Part shown: one piece after another, positions 1-14,421 of the stretch
Numbering within the stretch: the stretch's first letter is position 1
Layout of the letters: the number at the start of each line of letters is the position of its first letter
Source of the DNA: the human T2T-CHM13v2.0 reference genome, Homo sapiens
DNA: 64,000 bases
Assembly: GCF_009914755.1 (NCBI RefSeq)
Contig: NC_060931.1
Reading direction: 5' to 3' (one strand)
Translations under genes and position numbers: made by a program
The notes under the pieces: model-generated
The model's input: only the letters and a program-made list of their open reading frames with translations
Databases searched by the model: none
Told to the model about the DNA's origin: nothing

Positions 1-64
1 ACAAAAAGATGAAAAAAACCGCACGTGCACCTCTGAATCTAAAATTTAAAAATAAATAAAATAC

Positions 65-235
65 AGTTAGCCAGGCGTGGTGGTGTGCGCCTGTGGCCCC
101 AGCTACTCAGGAAGCTGAAGCGGGAGGATCCCTGGAGCCCAGGAGTTCGAAGCTTCAGTGAGCTGTGACTGCACTGCTGCACTCCAGCCTGGGCAACAGA
201 GCAAGGCCCTGTCTCTAAAACCAAACAAAAAACAA
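65..235 (+). mobile_element. Alu right monomer (old, J-type) after an L1 3'-end remnant
   Basis: Alu consensus similarity and A-rich tail. Confidence 0.85.
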
Positions 236-794
236 AGCTGGCGATTGCTGACGTGCACTCGGGGCATTAAACACTTTATGCCAGACGCTGCTCTGCAAGC
301 CTTAGGGCCGTCAGCTCATCTACCCTCACAGCCGGCCTGTGTGGTGGGAACTGTGACCCCGTTTCACAGACAAGGAGGCAGAGCACAGAGAACTCCCGAG
401 GCAGCGACTCCAGAGCCTCCCTCAGCCCCTCTCCCACGGGCCTCTTGGATGGGGGCCCAGGGTGTTGCATTTCAGATTTTTACTGAATGTTACTCCTAAC
501 AACCTCTTGCACCAAATTACTCCAGCCTTCACCTCACAGTCCAGAAAATTGGGCACACAAACCCCGAGAGACGTGGCTTGCAGTGAAGCCAGGACTTGCA
601 TTTACTGCAGCTCTGGTGGCTTCTCCACCATCTGTTCTTCCTCTTTGCAGAAGCATTTCTTATGGTGTTGGCGGAACTGATTGGCAGCTTGGAACACACA
701 TCTCTTTGGGCCCACATCTCCTGTCATTCACTGAAAGGCAGGAAGACTGCAGTATGCCGTTCAGTGTCAAGAGCTGGGTATAAAACTGTATGGG

Positions 795-1222
795 TTTTTT
801 TGTTTTTTGTTTTTTGAGACGGTCTCACGCTGTCACCCAGGCTGGAGTGCAGTGGTACGATCACAGCTCACTGTAGCCTCAAACTTCCGGGATCAAGTGA
901 TTTTTCTGCCTTAGCCTCCTGAGTAGATGGGATTGTAGGCATACGCCACCTGGCTACTTCTGTATGTTTTTCTAGAAATGGGGTCATATATGCTGCCAGG
1001 CTAGTCTTGAACTCCTGGGCTCAAGCGATCCTCCTGCCTCAGCCTCCTGAGTAGCTGGGACCACAGGCACCCACTACCACGCCTGGCTAATTTTTGTATT
1101 TTTTGTAGACATGGGGTCTCTTTATGTTGCCCAGGCTGACCTCAAACTCCTAGGCTCGAACAGTCTTCCCACCTCACCCTCCCAAAGTGCTGGGATTAAC
1201 AGGCATAAGCCACCATGCCTGG
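795..1222 (-). mobile_element. Old AluJ-type element with three monomer-length units
   Basis: Alu consensus with an extra monomer. Confidence 0.85.
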
Positions 1223-1728
1223 TTTAAAACTGCATTTCCCAATGATGATTATGTTCTCTGAGCCCCATCTGAGCGCACACATGTGTGGTGCTCTTGGGAG
1301 TCGGGGGCACAGCCTCAAATATAATACAATATTTCCAACATCGTGTCCTTGGAATACAGATGATTTTTATTTTCTTCTTTATTTTTTTCTATGTTTTTCT
1401 AAGCTTTCTCTAATGAGCATGCACTACTGTAATAAACAGAAGACAAAAGGATTAAAACAATTTTTTAATAGGAGAAATTTTTAAATTTCTCATTTACAAA
1501 AGTTCTATGGGAAGATACCTTTTAAATTTTAATTATTTTAAACATACAGAAAGGGATAATTTCTAAACTTTGAGAGGATGGGGGATCTACAAAGACATTG
1601 ATTTGACTATATACATTTGAACCAAAATAAAAGGAACATAGACTTAGGAAAATATTTGCAATAAGGATGACAGTGTGAGATCTTTGTTACATAAAGCTGA
1701 CACAAAATGAGAACAAAAGCATTAAGAG

Positions 1729-1918
1729 TTGGGCACGGTGGCTCACGCCTATAATCTCAGCACTCTGAGTCCATAACCGAGCAGCCTGCTCTGATGATAG
1801 AGGCTGAGGCAAGGAGGCTCACGTGAGCTCAGAAATTGAGGCTTCAGGGAGCTGTGATTGTACCACTGCACTCCAGCCCGGACAACAGAGAGAGACCATG
1901 ATTCCAAAAAACAAAAAG
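1729..1918 (+). mobile_element. Degenerate Alu monomer with a ~32-bp non-Alu insertion
   Basis: Alu 5' end, then a foreign segment at 1768-1799, then gaggctgagg resumes. Confidence 0.8.
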
Positions 1919-2053
1919 CATTAACTCCCAAACAAACAGGCAAAATATCCACATTTTATAAAAAAGAATTAATACAACTAATAAGCAAATAGAGTGGGAA
2001 CTATCCAGCCCTTCTAGTGATGAGGAAATATGAATTAAAGACTGTAGGGTCCC

Positions 2054-2351
2054 GCTGGGCGTGGTGGCTCACGCCTGTAATCCCAGCACTTTGGGAGGCC
2101 GAGGCAGGCAGATCCCGATGTCAGGAGATCGAGACCATCCTGGCTAACATGATGAAACCCCGTCTCTACTAAAAATACAAAAAATTAGCTGGGTGCGGTG
2201 GCGGGCGCTTGTGGTCCCAGCTACTCGGGAGGCTGAGGCAGGACAATGGCGTGAACCCAGGAGACGGGGCTTGCAGTGAGCCGAGACTGTGCCACTGCCC
2301 TCCAGCCTAGGCGACAGAGCGAGACTCGGTCTCAAAAAAAAAAAAAAAAAA
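2054..2351 (+). mobile_element. AluY-type element, full length, TSD AAGACTGTAGGGTCCC
   Basis: Dimeric Alu with poly-A tail and a perfect flanking direct repeat. Confidence 0.95.
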
Positions 2352-2741
2352 GACTGTAGGGTCCCATTTCTTCATTTATCCAATTAAGTGAAATAGCTGC
2401 TGCCTAGGGTGGCTGAGCTGGGAGTGCCAAGGTGCTTTTGGAAAGCCGTGGGACGCTGCGCATCTGGAATTGCCAATGTCTTCACTCCTTTCATCCAGCA
2501 ATCACATTCATGAGAATCTATCCTTCCAATTCTAATTATGGAAAAAGCTATGCACCCAAAAATATGCATCGGGGCATAATTTAATAGAAATTGTAAGTGA
2601 CCCAAATACCTCATACGAAGTTAAATACATAATGATATTTCCATAGAAGAAATGCTCTGGCAACCATTAAAAACAATTATCCTAAGCCTTTATAGCAAAA
2701 TGGGAAGACAGGTGTGGTGTGATATGGAGGGAAAGTGAAGC

Positions 2742-3812
2742 CAGTGCAGAAGTGTCCGTGCTGCAAGCAGGAACTCGCACTGGGAGGGGAGACACGTGAT
2801 CAGGGCGGAAGTGTCCGTGCTGCGAGGAGGAGCTGGCGCTGGGAGGGGAGACACGTGATCCGGGCGGAAGTGTCCGTGCTGCCAGCAGGAGCTCCCGCTG
2901 GGAGGGCAGACACGTGGTCCGGGTGGAAGTGTCCCTGCTGCGAGCAGGAGCTCACGCTGGGAGGGCAGACACATGGTCCGGTGGAAGTGTCCCTGCTGCA
3001 AGCAGGAGCGCTAGTGCTGGGAGGGCGGACACGTGGCTCCGGGCAGAAGTGTCCGCCAGCAGGAGCGCTCGTGCTTGGAAGGTAGACACGTGGCCCGGGC
3101 GGAAGTGTCCTTGCAGCGAGCAGGAGCTGGCGCTGGGAGGGCAGACACGTGGTCCGGGCGGAAGTGTCCGTGCAGCGAGCGGGAGCTCGCGCTGGGAGCG
3201 GAGACAGGTGATCTGGGCGGAAGTGTCCATGCTGCGAGCGCTCGCGGCTGGGAGCGCAGACACGTGGTCCAGGCGGAAGTGTCCATGCTGCAGCAGGAGC
3301 TCGCACTGGGAGGGGAGACACGTGATCAGGGCGGAAGTGTCCGTGCTGCGAGGAGGAGCTAGCGCTGGGAGGGGAGACACGTGGTCTGGGCGGAAGTGTC
3401 CGTGCTGCGAGCAGGAGCTCTCGCTGGGAGGGCAGACACGTGATCCTGGCGGAAGTGTCTGTGCTGTGAGCCGCAGCTCACACTGGGAGGGAAGACACGT
3501 GGTCCGGGCGGAAGTGTCTGTGCTGCGAGTGGGCGCTCCGGCTGGGAGGGCAGACACGTGGTCCGGGCGGAAGTGTCCGTGCAGCGAGCAGGAGCTCGCG
3601 CTGGGAGGGCAGACAAGTGGTCCAGTGGAAGTGTCCGTGCTGCAAGCAGGAGCGCTAGTGCTGGGAGGGCAGACACGTGGCCCAGGCGGAAGTGTCCACG
3701 CCTACCTCGAGCAGGAGCGCTCATGCTGGGAAGGCAGATGGGTGGCCCGGGCAGAAGTGTCCGTGCTGCAAGCAGGAGCGCTCATGCTGGGAAGGCAGAC
3801 ACGTGGCCCAGG
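2742..3812. repeat. Minisatellite/VNTR, ~59-bp unit, ~18 copies
   Basis: Consensus ~GACACGTGGTCCGGGCGGAAGTGTCCGTGCTGCGAGCAGGAGCTCGCGCTGGGAGGGCA; GAAGTG recurs every 56-59 bp. Confidence 0.97.
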
Positions 3813-4759
3813 CGTCAGGTTTGAACATTCTTGACAGCAAGTGGCTCACCCGTCAGCGTGCTTCTTTTTCCCATCCCAGGAGTTGGACTTGACCTGTGGA
3901 CATTTGGCTGTTTTCTTTTTGTTTTTAAGCCAGAAACACTGTCTTGTTTCCAGTTTAAGATGTAGAGAGGGTGAAACAGTCAGAAACTGGGTCAGAAGCA
4001 GCGTGGTTCTCGTGGCAGGGCGGCACTTGGCCCAAGACTCGTGCTCTGGCGGGAGGCTCAAGTCAGGCGTCCCAGCAGCTTCGGTGCAACGCCTCCTGCC
4101 CGGCTGCGTGGGGAGGCCCTCCAAGACACCAGCTGGTCTCACCGCGAGGCCTGACTTCGAGCCAGAGCAGCGAGTACATTGCGTCTCCGTGTGGCAAGGG
4201 CAGGTGCGGGGGTCTCAGTCCACTACCGAGCAGCCTGCTCTGATGACTGGCGGCGCCAGGGAGAAGGCTCACATCGCGAGGTCCCCAGCAACGGCTCAAG
4301 GTGACTCACAGTTGCTTGGATAAGCCAGTGGACGCTCCCTCTACACTGGCCCGGGGCCAGAGCGCCTCCTTCTGCGGCCCCAACCCAGTCCCCACCCTGA
4401 GCCTTCAGCTCCTGGGCCTGCAGGCTGAGCCTGGCAGGAGACGCTGCAGGGACTCTCAGAGCTGTCCTTGCCCTGTCATTCATGGAGACTTACAGGGAGG
4501 CGGGGCGGCCCTACTGCAGTGGGGACCCCTTGGGGCGTAGGATGCACAGTGCAGGCGCCCAAGCCTCGCGCCCACCGGAGAGCAGCCACGGTGCAGGAGC
4601 TTGGCCCTGAGTGTGGGCGGGGTGAGGGCTGCAACGCTGAGAAGCAGATATTAAAGAAGTTCTTTCACTGAAACAATTGATTTTGGTCGTTGTTTCAACT
4701 ATTGCTTGACTTTAATTTTTCAAAAAAATTTAGAAAAGTTTAAGAAAAATGGAAGGTTG

Positions 4760-5343
<584 letters not shown>

Positions 5344-5565
5344 ACCAAATAGGTTTTCATATGGAAAAACGTGATTTTGGGGGGTTAAAATTTTCTGCTG
5401 CTTTTCTGTGATAATCACCTTACTGATTGAGAAAGAGGAAGCGGGGAGGTGGTGGCCGATAGTGCCCTCTCCCAGGTGGGAGCGCCTGAGCCTGGGCCTG
5501 TGCTGGATGGGGCCTCCTCCCGTCTCCTGAGGGCCGTGCACAGGAGCCTCTGTTGTGTCTTACAG

Positions 5566-5713
5566 GCCCTGCCCTGGGAGAAGCCCTGCCACACGTCGTG
5601 CCCACGCTGAGGGCCTGTCTGCAGCCCTCCCAAGACCCGCAGATGCGCCTGAAGCTGTTCTCCATCCTGTCCACCGTGCTGCTCAGAGCCACGGACACCA
5701 TCAACTCCCAGGG
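5566..5713 (+). CDS. DNAAF5: DNAAF5/HEATR2 internal coding exon (probably exon 9 of 13): (G)[48 protein letters not shown](G)
   Basis: Acceptor tgtgtcttacag| at 5565; donor GG|gtaggt at 5714; 148 nt; phase joins the next exon; leucine-rich helical HEAT-like peptide. Missing from the ORF track because it has no start codon in frame at its 5' end. Confidence 0.92.
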
Positions 5714-5759
5714 GTAGGTCCGGGCTCTGCCTCTGCACGGCCCCCAGCTGGGGCCTGGG

Positions 5760-5990
5760 CCAGGGGTCCCCATCTCCCTCCCCAACAGCTCACTGAGCAA
5801 GGGGGTTCCCACCTCCTTCCCCAACACTGCACTGCGCAAGGGGTTCCCCATCTCCCTCCCCCACACTGAGTCAAAGGTGGGCCGGGGGTCCCCACCTCCC
5901 TCCCCCACGCCGAGTCTAAGGTGGGCCGGGGGTCCCCACCTCCCTCCCCCACAGCACTCTGGGTGAGGGTTCCCCACACCAAGTCTGAGG
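5760..5990. repeat. Degenerate ~40-43-bp C-rich minisatellite, ~5-6 copies
   Basis: Recurrent GGGGTCCCCA(C/T)CTCCCTCCCCCACA unit just after the exon donor. Confidence 0.85.
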
Positions 5991-7385
5991 TGGGCGTGTG
6001 CAGTGACCCCTGAGCTTAACTGGCCTGGAAGCAGCTAGTCCATCCTCACTGGGTAAACACAAGCTCTCGGCAGGGAATGCACAGAGAAGCACTAAGTCAA
6101 AGTCATCTCCGTGTGGTCATTAAAATTCCAGTGAATGAAAAAGTTTTAGGGAACATTAACTGTTAATGGCTTATGTATTAGCTGTTCTCTGTTTTAAAAG
6201 CCTTTGGGCACTTTTCAAACCTAACAAACAACTGATTGAATTTCTATTGATGGTCAAAGTGGTAAAAATACCTCTTTGTTATCTAAGACAACTTTTAGGT
6301 GGCATTAAGACCCCGAGGGTCTAGGGCCTCCAGGTGTACGGCTTTGAAGTAAGGGCAAGAAGCATGGGTGCCCTCTAGGAGCACTGGGAGGGACAGTGGA
6401 GGAAGAGGCCCCGCCCGGGTGCCACTGCTGAGGCAGCTCTTAGGGCCCTGCCACTTACTTTGCTCAGAGCAAAAGGTGCCGTCAGCTGGGTCCTACCCCC
6501 GCCTGTGCGGCTGGATCTGGGCTGCGTCAGCACCGGGACCCGCCCCAGCAGCACATCTGTCAAAGCGGAAAGCAGTTCACACACCAGAGCCTCATGTGGA
6601 AAGAGTCCAGGCGCTCAGACTTTTCTCCTTCATGACCCTCATCTCTGCTCTCGGGCCTCAGCCCGCCTGTCGTACTGCAGGAAATTTTGTTTCCTGCTTG
6701 TCTTCAAAGACTTCAGGGCTTAGAACGGACCATAGAAAGATATGAACCGAGAGCCGTGGCAGCTGTCCAGCTTGCAGGCTGATATTTGTGTAGATGCCAT
6801 GCAGATAACACAGCAGGGTCCAGGCCCTTCCCTCTGGAACTCACACTCGGCTGTATTTTGGGAGGAACCGCTGGGCAGGTTCTGCCCAGGAACAGTTAAC
6901 TCTGCAGAGCACAGTTTCCACATCTGGGCTGAGTTCCCAAAGAAAGTGCGCCTAACAACGTCTTGTGGAAGGCGGTTGGCGTCAAGAGAAGTAAAGTGTT
7001 CAGATGGCAGTGATTTTAATGAACTTACTAGCTATTTTAATAGGAAAGATTTTTTTTTTTATCCGTTTGGTTTTTATTTTTAGAATCATGAAATAGCAAG
7101 TTGGCTCTGCTGAAGTAGAAATGGTGGGCGGGGAGTCGCCACTGACCATCGTCTGCGCAGAGCACCTTCCTGCTGACCGCAGCTGTGAGCGCCGGCTGTA
7201 CGCAGGTCCCTGCTGTGCGGGTGCCCAAGAGGGCTGAGGGCTGCGTCTGCCATGGTGTCTCCACCTTGGACACCATGAATCATGAGAGGTTCTCAGGGCT
7301 GCCTCCCACAGGCTTTCTGTGTCTTACCTGGGACACTCGGGACTAGTTGTGTTTAGGTTTTCTTAAAATTCTGTAGTAATTGCAT

Positions 7386-7520
7386 TGTAGAGCATCCCTA
7401 ATCCGAACTTCAGAAATCCAAAATGCTCCAGTGAGTATTTCATTTGAGCATCATGTCAGTGCTCAGATATGGTCAGACCCTGGAGCACTTTGCATTCTGA
7501 AGTGAAGGATGCTCAGCCTG
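7386..7520. mobile_element. Tigger4/MER46-type MITE (TcMar-Tigger)
   Basis: Terminal inverted repeats gagcatccct...aaggatgctcagcctg and internal aatccaaaatgctcca / tggagcactttg. Confidence 0.7.
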
Positions 7521-7802
7521 CGTCTGACAGAAGCTCCAGAGAAGTGGCTGCGAGTTCAGGGCAAGAGGCTCCTGGCTTTGAGGCTGCACCGTTTCTGGAA
7601 GTCAAGCCCCACAGTGGACCTCGAGTCCCTCTGTGAATAGGAATGTGCTCGGGCAGGGAACCCGGAGCACCAGCCGCTGGGCCCCTCGTTCCCCGGCTCT
7701 GCAGCGTCTTCGGGTCCTGTGGGTCTGGCTGTGCCCAGCCCTGCTGCCCGTGGACTATAGTGTCTTGGGGTCCTGCAGGCCTGGCTGTACCCGGCCCCAG
7801 TG

Positions 7803-7961
<159 letters not shown>

Positions 7962-9083
7962 TCATTCAGTGGTTCGATGGTGGTTCTGATCAATGCCCAG
8001 AAGTTCTGATGGAGCTTCTGTCAGACACAGGCTGAGTATCCTTCACCCCAAAATTAAAAAAAAAAAAAAAAAAATTTAAAAAAACCTAAGCACTCCTAGG
8101 TGGCGCCCGTGTGGCACGCCTGGCCCACACTTGGACCCCACACCCTGAAGGCCAGGACTTCCAGGCCATTTCATGTGGTGACCATGGAGCAGGCGCTGGG
8201 TTCGTTCATTCCAGAGAGCCCTCTTGCAAGTCACGGTGCCGAAAATGGCAGCTCTGCTTAAAAACGAACCCACGCCAGAAACCTCGCGGAATGCGTGTAA
8301 ATCACACCACACCAACGTCACTTTCCACATCTGCTCATCTACCTGGCTGGTCCCAACATGGCCCCTGCCAGGAGCAAGCCGGTGGCGCCTCCAGAAGAGG
8401 AAGGGACGCTGTGCAGGCTTCACGGACGCTGGAGGGCTGCGGGCTGTGGAGCTGGTCTTGGAGACCAGAGCCACCTTTGAAACATACCGTGGTGTTGGGA
8501 TGTCACTAATGAGTGTGTCATTTTGCTTTGAGTTTGTCTTGGTGGCACTTTGACCTGACTGGTCACCATCAGGACGAAGTCGCCGACAGGGTGGGAACTG
8601 CCCGTCTCTCTGAGCTGTGGCCCTTGGGTCCCCGGACCGCGCCTGTGGCCCTCCCATCCCGCCTCTGTGAAGCCGCAGCGACTGTCCTTGCTGGACAGAG
8701 GGTTCTGTGGCTGGAGAGACTTGGCCTTTTTCTGGGGGAGGGATGCAGATGGGAAAGGGGCTCACTGGGTGCTGCCGACACCACCGCACCTGCCCTAGCC
8801 CAGGCGTCACTCAGGCCTCCTTTTGAAGCTAGGAGCGGCGAGGGGCTGAAAGTGCACCCTCGGCCCAGGGCCTCTGGCTCGCCTCTGGAGAACAGGACCT
8901 ACGCGGGCCGCAGGAGAGGCCAGGGGCACAGGCACCCCTGTCTCCCCGGTAGGGTTGGGCCTGGAGGAACCTCCCAATTCGCACTGAGAAGCAGCTCCTG
9001 AGAGGAGGAGGGGCCTCGTGTTTTGGGGTCGAGTTCGTTTTCCTGTTTGGCTCCCCCCTCAGCCCCATTCATCCCTAGTCTGA

Positions 9084-9665
<582 letters not shown>

Positions 9666-9772
9666 TGAACACCTCCGGCTGGTACCAGGTGTCAGAAAAC
9701 AGACACTGATGCCCGCCCGCGTCCTGGTCGCCGCCCGGCGGGAAGGCGCTGCCCTGGGCGCCCGTGCAGCAT

Positions 9773-9788
9773 CAGCGCCACCTCCTGG
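9773..9788 (-). promoter_or_regulatory. Candidate CTCF site in a CpG-rich intron segment
   Basis: Minus strand reads CCAGGAGGTGGCGCTG. Confidence 0.5.
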
Positions 9789-10094
9789 TGCACGCGGGGT
9801 GGTGCGGTCGGTGCTCCAGCCGAAAGCCCCACGTCCTTGGGGCCCAGGCGAGCCATTACCCTGGTTTAGGGTTAGTGCCTCACCTAGGAGTTGTGAACAG
9901 TGTGCGTATTTTCTAAAAATCAAGTAAGCAAGTTAAAAATTGCTCAAAATCTAAATTTTACAATGAAGATTCAAGCCTACTTTTTAGGTAAAGCTTTCAA
10001 GCCCCCTAAGTCCTTCCAGGCAGGAGTGCACGGATGGTGAGCACCCCCACCCCACCCCAGGACAGATGTGAGTCACGTCGTATGTGTTTGCTGA

Positions 10095-11103
<1,009 letters not shown>

Positions 11104-11152
11104 TATTTAAGTTTGATGGTGGCTTGTTTTATAGAAAAAAAGCAGAAAACGT

Positions 11153-11472
<320 letters not shown>

Positions 11473-11867
11473 TCAAGTTGGTACTATGAGAACAAACAGC
11501 AATGACAGATGAAATACCACAAATTAAACGGCACAGCAAGAAGCAAGGCAGAGGTCTCCAAACCAGCACTGGGTGGGGGTGACAAGGCTCAGCTTCCACG
11601 CGGCCGGGAAGGGGGACCTCAGGGTGGGGCGGCTGGAGCTGCCTGTGGGGAGACGGGGCCGGGCCACCCTGCAGCAGGACCAGGGGCACAGCCTCAGTGT
11701 CGCCGCCTCCTGGAGCCCAAACCCCAGACCAACCCCAGGTGAGAGCAAGCACTGGGGAGGGGAATGGGGTGGTTGGCTTGAAGCCCCCGAAAAGCAGCAG
11801 CACTGAACAGAGTCATGAATTCAGAGAGCCCCTCACTCAGGGCAGCCTGCACACAAACCCCTCAGGA

Positions 11868-12380
11868 CAGGGCCCCCGCCACCCAGGCCATGGGCCAGTA
11901 CCTGTCCGGGTCCTGTTAGGAACCAGACTGCACAGCAGGAGGTGAGAGGTGGGCAAGCGAAACTTCATCTGTGTTTACGGCTGCTCCCCATCTTTTGCAT
12001 TACCACCTGAGCTCTGCCTCCTGTCAGATCGGCAACGGCATTAGATTCTCATAGGAGCACAAATCCTATTGTGAACTGTGCACGCGAGGGATCCAAGCTG
12101 ACGCTCCTTATGAAACTAATGCCTGATGATCCGTCACTGTCTCCCATCGTCCCCACATGGGACCGTCTAGTTGCAGGAAAACAAGCTCAGGCCCCCACTG
12201 ATTCTACAGGATGATGAGTTGTAGAATTATCTCATTATATGTTACAATGTAGTCATAGAAATAACGTGTACAATAAACGTAACGCACGTGACTCATCCTG
12301 AAACCATCTCACCCCCTGGTCCATGGAAAATTGTCTTCCATGAAACCAGCCCCTGGTGCCAAAAAGGTTGGGGACTGCTA
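11868..12380 (+). mobile_element. MER1A (hAT-Charlie) DNA transposon, near full length
   Basis: Hallmarks cctgttaggaacc, attagattctcatagg, ctagttgcaggaaaacaagctcag; 3' end ggtgccaaaaaggttggggactgct. Confidence 0.85.
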
Positions 12381-12449
12381 CCTCAGAACACCGAAGACCC
12401 GGCGCTAAGGGCAGCCTCGCACCCAGCCCGGGAAGGAAGTGCCGATAAT

Positions 12450-13150
12450 AGAACCACCTCAAAGTTACCTTTATTGAGGCGTGTTTAAGATCCTCAAAAA
12501 GCTAAAAGAACAACATCCACTAAAAAACAAGTTGAGAAACAAGAAGACAAGCAGGAATAAAGAACAGATGGAAACGGAAGCGATCGCTGGGAAGTCCGGA
12601 GTGACACGGAATGGTGTGCTGGCACTACTTTGAGGAAAGGAGTTACCCAGCGAGGGAGAAAGGGGATGGGGTGGGCGGGAAGCGGCCACTCAGGCGTTCC
12701 TGATTAGCTCTACTTAATGTGATTATCTATATTTTGTGTATTTATGCCAGAAATGTTTAGCAGTTTTTAAAAGATGGTTCTTGCTAATTCCCGGAAATGA
12801 ATGGAGTCATCGGAACTTCACACTCTGTGTACTGGGTCAACTCTAGACTGAATGTGGCTGAAAACAAAGTTAGTGACGTGAAAGCCAGGAATGTGGAATT
12901 CCTCAAGATCACGAGACAGAGAGGGGTGCAAGGCCTGGAGTGGGCGAAGGACACGGGACGGGGAGGGACGCGGGGCCTGGAGCGGGCAGAGGACACGGGA
13001 TGGAGAGAGGTGCCGAGTGGGCCGAGAGGCTCCCGGGCTTTTCTGAATCCCAGGAGAAGAGAATGGAGGAGAGATGGTGCCTCAGAATCTTCCAGAACTG
13101 GAGACAGACATGAATTTTCAGATTCACAGTACACACGGCGCTGGGCAGAA
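12450..13150 (+). mobile_element. Ancient L1 ORF1 remnant
   Basis: Translations NSRLNVAENKVSDVK and QNLPELETDMNFQI resemble L1 ORF1p motifs NSRLDxAEERISELE and ENFPNLxxDxxIQI. Confidence 0.6.
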
Positions 13151-13820
13151 AAACCGCCGCCTGCTGAACTCTGAGGTCCGGGGGCCTTTGTCACTCATTC
13201 TCTCACCTTTGCTTTTCTGTTTTTATTCTTTAGTAACAAACATCCTGTTCCCACTGACTCTGGAACAAGTTCAGTCCATGCGATTGTTGGGAATTCACTC
13301 ACTTTTTAAAACAGGAGCTGGCGGAAAGGCTGCACGCGTTTGGGCATCTGAGCGCATTTGGGCATCTGGGCCACGGCCCCCTGTTTATTTTCACTACAAA
13401 AGGTTCCTTGAGAGGCCCCTTGCCTATTAGTGCCAGCTCTGGGCTTCCCAGGGTGAAGTGTTGGATGAATCATGGCCTCCTTGGTGGGGAAGGAAGGATG
13501 TCCTGAGTTGGGAGCACAGACATCCAGGCCTCCCAGGACAGACAGACACAAACATGAACAGCAGACAGGCCAGCGTGAGCCGATTCTGCCTGGCTTAGTC
13601 GTGCATGAAAGGAACCCTAAACTGGTACAAAAGTGGACCTGCAGGCCATCCAGGGAGTGACCATCGTAAAAACACAATAGCCAGTGCCACTCTGTGTACT
13701 TCCATAGTCGACCGCGCCAGCAGGAGGCCTCGGAGGATCCTGTCCGGGCCCATAGATGTTTGCTAGCGGGACAAGCTTGGGTGAGTTGAGCATCTGACTC
13801 CGTCCTTCCTCCTGAGACAC

Positions 13821-14006
13821 GTGCAGCGAGGGCACCCACTGTGCAGCGAGGGCTCCCGCCGTGCAGTGAGCATACCCCCTGTGCAGTGAGGGCACCTGCC
13901 GTGCAGTGAGCATACCCCCCATGCAGCAAAAGCACCCCCCATGCAGCGAGGGCTCCCGCTGTGCAGTGAGCATACCCGCTGTGCAGTGAGGGCACCTGCC
14001 GTGCAG
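13821..14006. repeat. 20-bp minisatellite, ~9 copies
   Basis: (G/A)TGCAG(C/T)GAG + GGCACC/CATACC/GGCTCC...; exact 20-bp register. Confidence 0.93.
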
Positions 14007-14308
14007 GGCTGCTTCAGGGTTTGGCACCATAATGCCTGGATGTGCTCCGTGGCTTCCTCCTTGGTGCCTGTGTTTGGTGGCTGGAAGGCCCAGCACCCTC
14101 AGGGCCCAGAACCCTCAGGGAAGTGCCTGGGCATCTGCCAGGAATTAACCCACTGGGTCCCACTTGTCTCAAAGCCTGGCTTGGTAGGATGGCCTGAACT
14201 TTGGATGTTTTTCATGCCTTTCGTTACATAGGATCCTCTTGCTGAGGGTGGATCATGCCCTCCACATTGCAAAAGCATCAGAGACCCAGCCCACCCTCGC
14301 GTCTGCAG

Positions 14309-14421
14309 CGGGAAGATGGGCCTGGTGCCAGGCGCGGGCAGCCGCCCCTCCCAGCGTCGGGAAGATGGGCCTCATGCCAGGCATGGGCAGCTGCCCCTCC
14401 CAGCGTCGGGAAGATGGGCCT
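14309..14421. repeat. 49-bp tandem repeat, ~2.3 copies
   Basis: CGGGAAGATGGGCCT at 14309, 14358 and 14407. Confidence 0.9.

Noticed and set aside
2690-3892. Long overlapping ORFs (up to 306 aa)
   Set aside because: Products of a stop-poor VNTR, open in many frames on both strands; no splice or codon evidence.
4240-4270. Hammerhead-ribozyme-like CUGAUGA followed by a stem-loop
   Set aside because: Stem II is followed by GGAG rather than the required GAAA, and I cannot form stems I and III with a UH cleavage site.
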